Below, one piece after another: positions 50,638-60,305 of a stretch of DNA of 64,000 bases. The notes beneath the pieces were generated by a model. The model ran no database searches, had not been told where the DNA came from, and was given only the letters and a program-made list of their open reading frames with translations. The stretch comes from Candidatus Bathyarchaeota archaeon (GTDB lineage: Archaea > Thermoproteota > Bathyarchaeia > Bathyarchaeales > Bathycorpusculaceae). The position numbers and the translations under genes are program-made. Numbering within the stretch: position 1 is the stretch's first letter; each line of letters begins with the position of its first letter. The DNA lies in contig CAVZIW010000003.1 in NCBI GenBank assembly GCA_963775465.1, positions 192,001-256,000 on the forward strand, given 5' to 3'.

Positions 50638-51461
50638 AGACGGCGTCGATTCTCCTTAGCTTTCATTAAGATGTCCTTTGCTTCGTAAATATCAATGACA
50701 TCTTTAGGCAATCCCAAAGCTGAAAGTTTGGTGAAAACCTGAGCAATCTGCGGTAAAACTATAGACGACATCTCCAAAATCTCTGGATCAGTTAAGATTT
50801 TTTTACCTTCACCATCAGCAACAATTTTGCCCTCTTTCATTAAGACTACGCGTGGGTTACATTCAGCTACAAACTCGACATCATGGGTTACGGTTACAAC
50901 TGTTTTCTTTTGAGTTTGCAGTTGCAAAATGAATTGACGCAATTTTTCTTTTTGCTCATGGTCCTGTCCAATTGTTGGCTCATCTAAAATCAGTGTCTGT
51001 GGATCCCACGCCAAAACCGAAGCTAATGCCACTCGTTTCCGTTCTCCACCGCTAAGCAGAAACGGAGAGGTTTTCCTATACTGGGTTAACGATAAAAGAT
51101 TCAAAGCCCAAGTGACACGTTCATCTATTACCTCAGGCTTAAAACCAAAATTTTTTAGCGCAAACCCTATTTCTTCTTCGACTGTTTCACTGAAGAGTTG
51201 ATGATCGGGATTTTGGAACACAAAGCCAACGTTTCTTGCCAGTGAGGCAACACTGGATTTGGTTGTTTCAACTCCGTTTATACAGACAGTTCCTTTAGAG
51301 GGTTTTAAGAGCCCGTTGAAGTGTTTAACAAAAGTTGATTTTCCTGCACCGTTTTGGCCCATTATCGCTACGAATTCACCGTTTTGGATGGTTAATGAGA
51401 CACCCTTCAAAGCCTCCACCTTGTTGGGATACGAATAGTGCACGTTTTCTGTCTCTATCAC
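50634..51461 (-). CDS. ecfA2: ECF transporter ATPase
   Basis: GQNGAGKS, FQNPD, LSGGE and LDEPT motifs. Confidence 0.92.
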   Translation of the reverse strand: MIETENVHYSYPNKVEALKGVSLTIQNGEFVAIMGQNGAGKSTFVKHFNGLLKPSKGTVCINGVETTKSSVASLARNVGFVFQNPDHQLFSETVEEEIGFALKNFGFKPEVIDERVTWALNLLSLTQYRKTSPFLLSGGERKRVALASVLAWDPQTLILDEPTIGQDHEQKEKLRQFILQLQTQKKTVVTVTHDVEFVAECNPRVVLMKEGKIVADGEGKKILTDPEILEMSSIVLPQIAQVFTKLSALGLPKDVIDIYEAKDILMKAKENRRRL

Positions 51462-52324
51462 TTGGGCAACAACGTCTCCAAAAGTTGATTTGCTAACTCA
51501 TCTGATGACAGCGGTGTTTTATCGGCAAGACCAAAGCTTTCTTTCTCTAACATTTGATAGAGAAGAGTTGCTTTAGGAATTCCGACACCCATTAAGCGAG
51601 TTTCTTCGGAACTTAGGATTTGGCGAGGGTTGCCTTCTAAACGAACTTTTCCCTTGTCCATCACGATAAGATGATTTGTGTATTTTGCAGTTAAATCTAA
51701 ACGGTGTTCTACCAAAACCACCGTAATTCCCTGTTGCTTGTTTAGTCTGTGAATGACTTCAAAAATTTTTTCTGCGCTGAGTGGATCAAGAAAAGAAGTC
51801 GGTTCATCCAAAACGATGATTTCAGGGTTCATCGCCAAAACAGACGCAATCGCCACCCTTTGCTGTTGACCGCCTGAAATTTCATGGGGCGACCGCTCTC
51901 GAATGTCGTATATGCCTGTTTGGTGTAATGCCCAATCAACTTTCCGACGCATTTCTTCACGAGGGACTCCGTTGTTTTCTAAGCCAAATGCAACATCTTT
52001 CTCAATTGATAAAGCAAAAAGTTGGTTTTCGGGGTTCTGAAAAACTAAGCCCACATGTTTGGCCATTTCATAGGTGTGGTGTTGCAGAGTGTTGATGCCA
52101 GCAACAGAGATTTCACCTTTTACATCGCCTTGATAAAAATGCGGCACCAAACCGTTGAAAGTTCTACATAGTGTAGTTTTTCCGCAGCCACTTGGACCAG
52201 TAATTAAAACAAACTCGCCCTTCTCTATACTGATGGATACATCATCAATGGATGATTTTGACGCACCAGGATAAGTGTAGGTGAGGTTTTTTATTTCAAT
52301 TATAGCCATTTTGTGTATGCTCAT
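51458..52324 (-). CDS. ecfA1: ECF transporter ATPase
   Basis: GPSGCGKT, FQNPE, ISGGQ and LDEPT motifs. Confidence 0.92.
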   Translation of the reverse strand: MSIHKMAIIEIKNLTYTYPGASKSSIDDVSISIEKGEFVLITGPSGCGKTTLCRTFNGLVPHFYQGDVKGEISVAGINTLQHHTYEMAKHVGLVFQNPENQLFALSIEKDVAFGLENNGVPREEMRRKVDWALHQTGIYDIRERSPHEISGGQQQRVAIASVLAMNPEIIVLDEPTSFLDPLSAEKIFEVIHRLNKQQGITVVLVEHRLDLTAKYTNHLIVMDKGKVRLEGNPRQILSSEETRLMGVGIPKATLLYQMLEKESFGLADKTPLSSDELANQLLETLLPK

Positions 52325-52357
52325 CTTAAGCGTGAGAGTTTTCTCATTTAAGCGTAG

Positions 52358-53353
52358 CTACACTTTTTTGGATATTTTCTGCTTTAACAACAAAAGACAT
52401 TGGTCAAGGGCATCTTTGATTTCGCCTTTGCCGCTTACTCCTGCAGCCATAGCGTGTCCTCCTCCTGTACCCTTCAAAAATTCTCCCAAAGGAGTTGCTA
52501 TGTCTATACCTAAATGAACCCCAGCATATTCATTAAACTGACGGATACTACGTAGGCTCAACTCAACTTTTCCATTCTTTTTTCCCGCAACAGCCGACAT
52601 GTGGGCGCCTATATCCACTAACGCCTTAGCCGCGGGAGCCTGGTAAGCGCTGACATGGGATAATGCAATTATCCATCCTTCAACCTTTACGACTTTAGCT
52701 CTTTTACATGCTTTTAGTTTTGCCACTCGCTCTGAGGGCTCAATGGGCAGAGCATATTGGGCTAAAGTTGCCTGAGCATTGATGCCTACAGCTACCAGCT
52801 TGGCAACAACTTCAAATGTTGGAGAATTAGCTAATGCAAAGTGACGTGTATCAAATGCGATGCCAACAAATAATGCAGTGGCTTCGTTAAGGTTAGGCGT
52901 AACATCTGCTTGACTGTAGAGGCGGTAGATTAATTCACAGTTAGCAGCAGCTTTATCGTCGACCATGCAAACTCTGCATACTCGTAATGTTTCTGCACTT
53001 GGGGCATGATGGTCAATTATTATTTTTGGCGCTGTAGACTTCTTTATGACATCCGCAACTTCGTCAAGCTGCTCGACGGTATTCATATCTAAAAGGACTA
53101 TGACCTCTGCGGATTCGATGTTGGGTTTAAGATTTACCGAAATCGGTATGTTATCCAATAGAGTTTTTGAAGGTTTGTTAATACCTTGTGGGCAACCTAT
53201 CTCCACAACCACATCGGGCAAGAACCTTTTTAACAATCCCTGCAAGGCGTAAGCTGAACAAATCGCGTCAGCGTCAGCATTTCGATGACACAAAAGTAAA
53301 ACAAAAGAGGCCTTTTGTTTCTTTAAGGTTGATAAGATGTCTTTAAAGCTCAT
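52358..53353 (-). CDS. DHH/DHHA1 phosphoesterase (NrnA-like)
   Basis: HRNADAD, IDHH, DT and GGGHAMAAG motifs. Confidence 0.9.
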   Translation of the reverse strand: MSFKDILSTLKKQKASFVLLLCHRNADADAICSAYALQGLLKRFLPDVVVEIGCPQGINKPSKTLLDNIPISVNLKPNIESAEVIVLLDMNTVEQLDEVADVIKKSTAPKIIIDHHAPSAETLRVCRVCMVDDKAAANCELIYRLYSQADVTPNLNEATALFVGIAFDTRHFALANSPTFEVVAKLVAVGINAQATLAQYALPIEPSERVAKLKACKRAKVVKVEGWIIALSHVSAYQAPAAKALVDIGAHMSAVAGKKNGKVELSLRSIRQFNEYAGVHLGIDIATPLGEFLKGTGGGHAMAAGVSGKGEIKDALDQCLLLLKQKISKKV

Positions 53354-53637
53354 TTTATCTTTCTCAAAAAGTTTTCAGTTGCTTTATGCGCTTCATCCAC
53401 CGCTTTCTTAACCAAAGCTTCTGCATCTATATCTTTTGCTTGGGGTGATAAGACTAGCTCGATTTCTACATTAACGTTTACGGGTTTAGTTCCCTCGGCT
53501 TCGACACTAATGTCTAACCGGTCAACTTGTTTGCTGGAAATCTCAGAGAAAACGTATTTTCGGGCTGCTTCTTCTGCGGTTTGACATAAAAGTTCGATTT
53601 GCTCAGTGGTTAGCTCTGGAATGCCGAGCTCTACCAT
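53350..53637 (-). CDS. DUF3194-like small archaeal protein
   Basis: MVELGIPELTTEQIE...; sits between pfdB and the DHH gene. Start moved to ATG 53637 to avoid overlap with pfdB. Confidence 0.7.
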   Translation of the reverse strand: MVELGIPELTTEQIELLCQTAEEAARKYVFSEISSKQVDRLDISVEAEGTKPVNVNVEIELVLSPQAKDIDAEALVKKAVDEAHKATENFLRKIK

Positions 53638-53653
53638 CAAGCATACAATCCTT

Positions 53654-54028
53654 TTAGGACAACGGTTGACCTGAGACGGGGCTAAGGTCTTCTTGAAGTT
53701 TTGTTTGGGCTTCTTTAACTTGGCTGCGTATCCTTTCTTCTTGTCTGGCAATTACGGTGCTACGTGTACCCAAAAGGTCTTTACGTTCGGTTAATTCTTC
53801 AGAGACCTTGGCTTTTTCAGCTTTAACTAGAAGTGAACCGATTGCTTTGTACATGACTGCGTCATCAGCCGTTTTTGTGAGCTCTGCCAAGGTTTGTTCA
53901 ACTTCATTCTTTTCCATTTCAACCTGCTGTTTCTGTGCCAAAATAGATTGTAAGGTCTGTTGTAGTTGCTGTAACCTCAGAAGCCTTTCTTGAACATTAG
54001 GCGGTAATTTCGATAGATCATCACTCAA
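53654..54028 (-). CDS. pfdB: Prefoldin subunit beta
   Basis: LPPNVQ, coiled coils and the YKAIGSLLVK hairpin. Confidence 0.93.
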   Translation of the reverse strand: MSDDLSKLPPNVQERLLRLQQLQQTLQSILAQKQQVEMEKNEVEQTLAELTKTADDAVMYKAIGSLLVKAEKAKVSEELTERKDLLGTRSTVIARQEERIRSQVKEAQTKLQEDLSPVSGQPLS

Positions 54029-54107
54029 ATCTAAATCCTTCCGTACCCAGAAAAGAGAAGCACTCTTAATTAAGCATTTCCAACCTAAAAAGGGATTTAG
54101 TCAGCAG

Positions 54108-55400
54108 TTAAAGGGCGGTTGAATTCCAGTAATAAACGTGGCGATAGCCCATATTAACCACTGGAAACGCGGGGTCTTGGTATACTATGTCCAGTTGGGT
54201 GCCATAGTAACCCAATAGCATGCTTGTTATCATTGCAACTTGACTTATTCGATTGTCTGTTGTTGTTGTCCAGAAACCCCAAATAGTGTCGTTAGGGTGA
54301 CGCATACCCCAGCCAAAATTCTGTGGCAACACCAAAGCTGCGTTGGGACCACTTAAATCCGGAAATTTCTGAGTTGTTATGTCGTTCCAGAATCTGTAGA
54401 GGTAAAAGAATTGGTCATTGCCCAATGTTCCATAATTTCCGTCTTGGTATGGATAGTTGAAAACGGTGATGAATTTTGCACCCGCTTGGTAGGCTGCCAT
54501 CATTTGATTGTAAATTTGGTATCCTTCGTCAAGGTAAGGTGAGGAATCGTATTTCCAGGTGATCATGGCGCCCCACTCTTTATTCTGCATGCGTGCAGCA
54601 CCTTTAACTAACGCTATCTGTTCGGCTACACTGGCATTCCAACCGAGTTCCGTAAACATTACGTTGTATCCGCCCAAATAATCCCACCAGTATAAGCCAT
54701 AATCAGAGGTGAAGGTGGTTATTCCGGCGTTGTTTAACTCGACAAAACCTGGATCAGATTTTAATACCCCGTTTACAAAGAAATTAGCTTCTAAATCATA
54801 GTTTTGAGGTAAAGTTCCGTTAATCATTGTGTCTTTCATTTTTTGGTAAATTTGGTAGAGGAGATCTGTTGTTTCCCAGCCAATTTTGTTCAAGTTTTCG
54901 CCGTTGATGAGTCTAAACCAGTTAGCCCAGTCTCCGTCAAGTTGGATTCCGCCTGGCTCATCATTGTAATATATTCCTAAGAATTTACCTCCCCAACGTT
55001 GGTTCCATCTTTCAATTGTATCATTGATTGGTTGTTGCCAAAACCATGTAGAGTCACTTTTATTGTCCACAACGTCAATGCCCAAGTTGACAATTATGTT
55101 TAAACCCTTAGCAACTGCATAATCACAAACTTCCTCCACGTTTGTTTCGTTTCGGCTAAGAGCATTTCTGCCTGAATCTAAAATGAATAGGTTTGTATAA
55201 CCCTCAACGCGGTCGATTAACGTTTTCGCATCTTCTGTGGTGTCTCCTCCATAAGCAATACCGACATAAACTCCGGGATCAGCTTTTGCTGGAGTAGCAT
55301 TAGAATAAAATAACTGGACACTAAAAATGGAAACTCCCAAAATTACAACAAGGAAGACTATACTCGCAATTTTTACTGCTCGTTTAGAAACACTACTCAT
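54108..55400 (-). CDS. Membrane-anchored extracellular protein, possibly glycoside-hydrolase-like TIM barrel
   Basis: N-terminal TM helix, GIYYNDEPGG, aromatic-rich sequence, many N-x-S/T sequons. Confidence 0.65.
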   Translation of the reverse strand: MSSVSKRAVKIASIVFLVVILGVSIFSVQLFYSNATPAKADPGVYVGIAYGGDTTEDAKTLIDRVEGYTNLFILDSGRNALSRNETNVEEVCDYAVAKGLNIIVNLGIDVVDNKSDSTWFWQQPINDTIERWNQRWGGKFLGIYYNDEPGGIQLDGDWANWFRLINGENLNKIGWETTDLLYQIYQKMKDTMINGTLPQNYDLEANFFVNGVLKSDPGFVELNNAGITTFTSDYGLYWWDYLGGYNVMFTELGWNASVAEQIALVKGAARMQNKEWGAMITWKYDSSPYLDEGYQIYNQMMAAYQAGAKFITVFNYPYQDGNYGTLGNDQFFYLYRFWNDITTQKFPDLSGPNAALVLPQNFGWGMRHPNDTIWGFWTTTTDNRISQVAMITSMLLGYYGTQLDIVYQDPAFPVVNMGYRHVYYWNSTAL

Positions 55401-55631
55401 GCTAAAGTCTGACAATACAATGTTTGTTCGTTCCCTTATATTTTCTGTAAAAAAACTAAAAAACACCTACAAAACAAGAGGTGCAAGATTTATCATTGAT
55501 ATAGAAGGGTTTGCTGCCTTACTCGAGATCAGGACAATAACTCCAAAGACTGTTTAGCATAAAAAAATTGTTGCAAGGTTATGTAGTTTGTGTGTGAAGT
55601 CTTTTTTAACTAGGCTGCGTAACCAACACTT

Positions 55632-56018
55632 ATGGAGCGAAAAATTTTGGACCGCGCTAAAGTCCTAAAAGAAGAGTTGGATCATCAGGATACACGTTTC
55701 TTAGCAGTCTACGTTGAATCTAAAAATTCATGTATGGTCATGCTAAGCGAAAAAGAAGACAAACTTGGAACAATGGCAATCGCTGTACCCAAACCCCAAA
55801 ACATGGTTGGCTCAGTCACCTCATCGATACTGTTGGGTGACAGAAACATTATTTCAGCACGTATGTTTGCTGAATATGTGGCCTCAAAAAAGGGCAAAAT
55901 CGCAGTGGTCTCAGTCTACCTAGAAAAAGCTACCGAGATTCAGGCGCAAGAGTTTTTCATGAATCTAATTGACAAGGTCCTTAAAGCCGAAAGTCAAAAA
56001 GAGCCAACCGCCATCTAA
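55632..56018 (+). CDS. Proteasome assembly chaperone 4 (PAC4/POC4)-like protein
   Basis: KLGTMAIAVP...SSILLG...SARMFAEYVASKKGKIAVVSVYL matches the PAC4 pattern as I recall it. Confidence 0.6.
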   Translation: MERKILDRAKVLKEELDHQDTRFLAVYVESKNSCMVMLSEKEDKLGTMAIAVPKPQNMVGSVTSSILLGDRNIISARMFAEYVASKKGKIAVVSVYLEKATEIQAQEFFMNLIDKVLKAESQKEPTAI

Positions 56019-56037
56019 TTCCCCATAAATTGGCGAC

Positions 56038-56535
56038 TTGATGATTAAAAAAATCACAGACCAAGATTTTAGAAAGATTTTGGAAGTAATTAATCAAGCC
56101 GCAATAGTCTACAAGGGAAAAATCCCAGTTGACTGCTGGATAGAACCATACATGCACGCCCCAGAGTTGAAGGAGGACCTCAACAGCAAAGTTCAATTCT
56201 ATGGGTATTTTGAAAATGACCGTTTAATTGCTGTCATGGCAATTCAACCCGTTAAAGATGTCACACTAATAAGGCATGCTTACACAATTCCCAGTCGCCA
56301 ACGACAAGGGAAAGGTGAAAGCTTGCTCAACTATCTATTGAATTTAGCTAGAACCCAACGCATTCTTGTAGGCACTTGGGCGTCTGCGCCGTGGGCAATC
56401 AAATTCTACCAGAAACATGGTTTTCAGCTACTTTCGAGAGAAGAAACAAATAATCTGTTAAAGAGATACTGGAATATTCCCAACCGACAAGTTGAAACCT
56501 CAGTTGTTCTTGAATTAAAAAGGCTAAAATCATGA
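56038..56535 (+). CDS. GNAT family N-acetyltransferase
   Basis: RQRQGKG acetyl-CoA motif and AIKFYQKHGF. Confidence 0.9.
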   Translation: MMIKKITDQDFRKILEVINQAAIVYKGKIPVDCWIEPYMHAPELKEDLNSKVQFYGYFENDRLIAVMAIQPVKDVTLIRHAYTIPSRQRQGKGESLLNYLLNLARTQRILVGTWASAPWAIKFYQKHGFQLLSREETNNLLKRYWNIPNRQVETSVVLELKRLKS

Positions 56536-57599
56536 AAACCATTTTGCTAAAAGTAGAGCCAGAAAATCCCGACCTAACGAAAATCCAAGTTGCAGCGGAA
56601 ATAATTCGAAATGGTGGGTTAGTTGCTTTTCCAACTGAGACGGTTTACGGTTTAGGAGCAGACGCACTAAACCCTGAGGCTGTTGCAGCCCTTTTTGAAG
56701 CGAAGAAACGACCCTTGGACAACCCTCCCATCATCCATGTTGCAAATGTGAACGAAATTGACGCCTTAGTTGAGGAAGTTCCTCAGAAAGCCAGATTGCT
56801 AATGGAGACTTTTTGGCCTGGCCCCTTGACCTTAATTTTCAAACGATCCACTAAAGTTCCAAGCTTAACTACCGCAGGCTTAGACACAATCGCAATTCGC
56901 ATACCAAACCACAAAGTTGCCCTAGCATTAATCAATCAAAGTCAACGCCCCATCGCAGCGCCTAGTGCTAACCTCGCAGGTAAACCAAGCCCTACAACCG
57001 CTCAACACGTCTGTGAAGACCTCGGCGGCAGAATCGACGTCATAATTGACGGCGGAGCAACCAAAATCGGAGTAGAATCCACCGTTGTTGACCTAAGCGT
57101 TGATCCACCATTGCTTCTTCGACCTGGCGGAACGTCTTTCGAGACATTAAAAAGATCCCTTGGCAGTTTGGAACTTCATCCATTTGTGGACGCAGAAGAA
57201 GAATTACCCCTGCAAAAAATTAGGTCTCCTGGAATGAAACATAAACATTATGCGCCAAAAGCTGAAGTGATTTTGGTGGAAGGTAATATTGAAGCTACAG
57301 TGATAAAAATCAAAGAGCTATCTGAATCTTACAGGCACAAAGGCTTCAAGGTGGGAATCTTGGCAACCGATCAAACCCAAGAAGCTTATACAACTGACGT
57401 TGTTCGATCTCTTGGCAGCCGTTTCAACATAGTTTCTGTTGCTCAAAGCCTATTTCGTCTTCTGCGTGAAGTTGACGCTTTGGGTGTTGATGTTATAATC
57501 ACTGAGAGTGTGCCCTCTGAAGGTCTTGGTTTGGCCGTTATGAATAGACTCAGGAAAGCTTCAGGCTACCACATAATTAAAGCGGGGCAGGTCTCTTAA
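56532..57599 (+). CDS. sua5: Threonylcarbamoyl-AMP synthase Sua5 (YrdC plus SUA5 domain)
   Basis: FPTETVYGLG, KKRPLDNP, FWPGPLT, APSAN and SPGMKHKHYAP motifs. Confidence 0.95.
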   Translation: MKTILLKVEPENPDLTKIQVAAEIIRNGGLVAFPTETVYGLGADALNPEAVAALFEAKKRPLDNPPIIHVANVNEIDALVEEVPQKARLLMETFWPGPLTLIFKRSTKVPSLTTAGLDTIAIRIPNHKVALALINQSQRPIAAPSANLAGKPSPTTAQHVCEDLGGRIDVIIDGGATKIGVESTVVDLSVDPPLLLRPGGTSFETLKRSLGSLELHPFVDAEEELPLQKIRSPGMKHKHYAPKAEVILVEGNIEATVIKIKELSESYRHKGFKVGILATDQTQEAYTTDVVRSLGSRFNIVSVAQSLFRLLREVDALGVDVIITESVPSEGLGLAVMNRLRKASGYHIIKAGQVS

Positions 57600-57768
57600 T
57601 TGCTGAAACTAAAGAGAATACCTGTCTGTAGGCGTGAAGGTGTAGCAGAAAACTGATTTTGTATCAACATTAACGTTGTTTATCCGAATAATTGACATAC
57701 CTCTGAGAAAAATTTATATCCTAAAGATCTGTCTTTCCGTTTAGAATTATTTGGTATTGGTGAAGAAA

Positions 57769-59445
57769 ATGTCTCAAGGTTCAGGAAACATTCCCGTTCT
57801 TGTATTAAAAGAAGGCACAGGCCGATCAACCGGTCGCGAAGCCCAAAGAAACAACATTATGGCTGCAAAAATCGTTGCCGAATCAGTTAAATCAACGCTT
57901 GGTCCATGCGGCATGGATAAAATGCTTGTAAGCAGCATGGGAGACGTTGCAATAACGAACGACGGTGCAACAATCATGAAGGAACTCGACGTTCAACATC
58001 CAGCAGCAAAAATGCTAGTAGAGGTTGCAAAAGCCCAAGACAATGAAGTTGGCGACGGAACAACTACCGCTGTTATCCTCGCTGGAGAATTACTTGCAAA
58101 AGCTGAAAGCTTACTTGACAAAAACATACATCCAACAGTTATTATCGATGGTTATAAAAAAGCCAGCGACGAAGCCATGAAGATTATCGATAAAATCTCC
58201 ATCCCCATAAAATTCGAAGATGACAAGACACTCAAAGAAGTAGCAATCACATCCATATCGAGCAAAAGCATAAACGTAGCGGAAGACCATTTTGCAAAAA
58301 TAATCGTTGAGTCGGTAAAACAAGTCAGTGAAAAAATCGACGACAAATATGTAGCCGACATCGACCTCGTTAAGATCGTAAAGAAACACGGCAAAAGTCT
58401 AGACGAAACAGAACTAGTCAAAGGTATGGTTATTGATAAAGAAATAGCAAGCAGTGGTATGCCCAAACTTGTTGATGGAGCAAAAATTGCCCTCTTAAAC
58501 GCTAAGATTGAAATCGAAAAAACAGAGTTCGATGCAAAAATCAACATTGAAAGTCCAGATCAAATGAAAATGTTCCTTGATGAAGAAGAACGCATGATTA
58601 AAGATATGGTTACATCTGTGCAGAAATCTGGTGCAAATGTAATTTTCTGTGAAAAAGGCATTGACGATATGGCACTGCATTTCCTTGGCAAAGCAGGCAT
58701 CATTGCAGTCAAGAGCGTTAGTAGCAGTGACATGGAGAAACTCTCCAAAGCGACAGGGGCAATGATAGCTGCGAGCGTAAAAGATCTTACAGCAAACTCG
58801 CTTGGCAAGGCTAAACGTGTAGAAGAAGTCAAAATAGGTGATGACAAACTCATCTACATCCGCGACTGCAAGAATCCTAAAGCAGTAACGATTGTAATCC
58901 GCGGTGCATCCAATCACGTAATCGATGAAGCTGAACGAAGTCTACACGATGGACTTTGTGTTGTTAGAAACGCAATTGAGGATGGAAAAGTAGTTGCAGG
59001 CGGAGGCGCCCCCGAAGCAGAAATATCAAAGAATCTGCGCACATTTGCAGTTAAAGTCGGAGGTCGGGAACAGCTTGCAGTTGAAGCATTCGCAAACGCA
59101 GTTGAAGAAATCCCCTTAACTCTTGCTGAGAACGCAGGCTTAGATCCCATTGACATTATGGTTGCCCTACGTAGTGAGCATGAGAAACCAAACAGCAAAA
59201 CATTCGGCATCGAAGTAACCACAGGAAAAATCGTTGACATGTACAAAAAAATGGTGATTGAACCTCTCCGGGTCAAGCAACAAGTCATAAAATCAGCTAC
59301 AGAAGCAACTAACATGATACTGAAAATCGACGATCTCATCAGCATAAAAAGCGGCGGCAAGATGCCTCCAATGCCTCCAGGAGGAATGGGCGGCATGGGT
59401 GGCATGGGCGGAATGCCTGGCGGTATGGGCGGTATGCCCTACTAA
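57769..59445 (+). CDS. ths: Thermosome subunit (group II chaperonin)
   Basis: [23 protein letters not shown] and GGGAPE motifs; GGM tail. Confidence 0.96.
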   Translation: MSQGSGNIPVLVLKEGTGRSTGREAQRNNIMAAKIVAESVKSTLGPCGMDKMLVSSMGDVAITNDGATIMKELDVQHPAAKMLVEVAKAQDNEVGDGTTTAVILAGELLAKAESLLDKNIHPTVIIDGYKKASDEAMKIIDKISIPIKFEDDKTLKEVAITSISSKSINVAEDHFAKIIVESVKQVSEKIDDKYVADIDLVKIVKKHGKSLDETELVKGMVIDKEIASSGMPKLVDGAKIALLNAKIEIEKTEFDAKINIESPDQMKMFLDEEERMIKDMVTSVQKSGANVIFCEKGIDDMALHFLGKAGIIAVKSVSSSDMEKLSKATGAMIAASVKDLTANSLGKAKRVEEVKIGDDKLIYIRDCKNPKAVTIVIRGASNHVIDEAERSLHDGLCVVRNAIEDGKVVAGGGAPEAEISKNLRTFAVKVGGREQLAVEAFANAVEEIPLTLAENAGLDPIDIMVALRSEHEKPNSKTFGIEVTTGKIVDMYKKMVIEPLRVKQQVIKSATEATNMILKIDDLISIKSGGKMPPMPPGGMGGMGGMGGMPGGMGGMPY

Positions 59446-59465
59446 GCCCCAAACTTTTCTTTTTA
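59446..59465 (+). terminator. Putative archaeal oligo-T terminator after the thermosome gene
   Basis: T-rich tract (ttttcttttt) immediately after the stop codon. Confidence 0.35.
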
Positions 59466-59558
59466 GTAGTTTAATTATTAAGTCAAAGTATATTTGCTCG
59501 TTTTTCTACACTGCAATTTTTTTAGTGTAACCTTATATTCGGAATTGCAGATTTATTT

Positions 59559-60302
59559 TTGTGTCTTGGAGGCCTATCTGTGAAGCATGTAAAGATTTCA
59601 GCATTTGACTGCCCCGATGCATGGTTCAAAACATTAAATACCATATGGAGAGAAGGCGACGTTTTTCGAGTTGGTTTCGGGTCAGAGGAGACTGAGACTA
59701 AGAAACTGAATCTTTCGATTGAAATCACAAACCCTGAAAATAGACCATTAGTAAGCGAAAAAGCGCCATGTGACTTTAAGTATGTTCAAGGTTACGCACT
59801 GGAATATTTATGGTGCGGAGAAAAACAAGAGGATGAAACCTACACCTACGGCAGTCGTCTAAATCATCCGATTGACCAAGTTGAAGAAGCAATAAAAAGA
59901 TACATAGAAGAACAACAGGATCGGCAGGTCACGATGGTAATTAGGCTTCCGAGTGACATAAAAAAATACAGTGAAAACCATAAAAAAAGTGAACCGCCCT
60001 GCTTGAGTTTAATTGACACCGAAATTCTTGAAAATCGAATGCATTTTACCTGCTATTTTCGGAGTTGGGATGCATTTGGCGGTTTGCCTGCTAACATTGC
60101 TGGGCTGCAACTTTTCAATGAGGCATTCGTTAACGAAATAAACGAACGCGGCAATATGTCCATCAAGACTGGTAAACTGATTTTCCACTCAAAGAATTGC
60201 CATATATATCAACGACAATATAATCTGGTCAGAGAACTTTTGGAACCCAAAGGTAGCGTAAAAACCAGATTAGCTAAGACCCTGCAGCAAACCAAAGAGT
60301 AG
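59559..60302 (+). CDS. thyA: Archaeal-type thymidylate synthase
   Basis: YTYGSRL, PPCL catalytic Cys, FRSWD, PANI and HIY motifs. Confidence 0.85.
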   Translation: MCLGGLSVKHVKISAFDCPDAWFKTLNTIWREGDVFRVGFGSEETETKKLNLSIEITNPENRPLVSEKAPCDFKYVQGYALEYLWCGEKQEDETYTYGSRLNHPIDQVEEAIKRYIEEQQDRQVTMVIRLPSDIKKYSENHKKSEPPCLSLIDTEILENRMHFTCYFRSWDAFGGLPANIAGLQLFNEAFVNEINERGNMSIKTGKLIFHSKNCHIYQRQYNLVRELLEPKGSVKTRLAKTLQQTKE

Positions 60303-60305
60303 GAA

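Noticed and set aside
59370-59442. Short tandem repeat (ggcggcatg-like units)
   Set aside because: It encodes the ordinary GGM tail of chaperonins.
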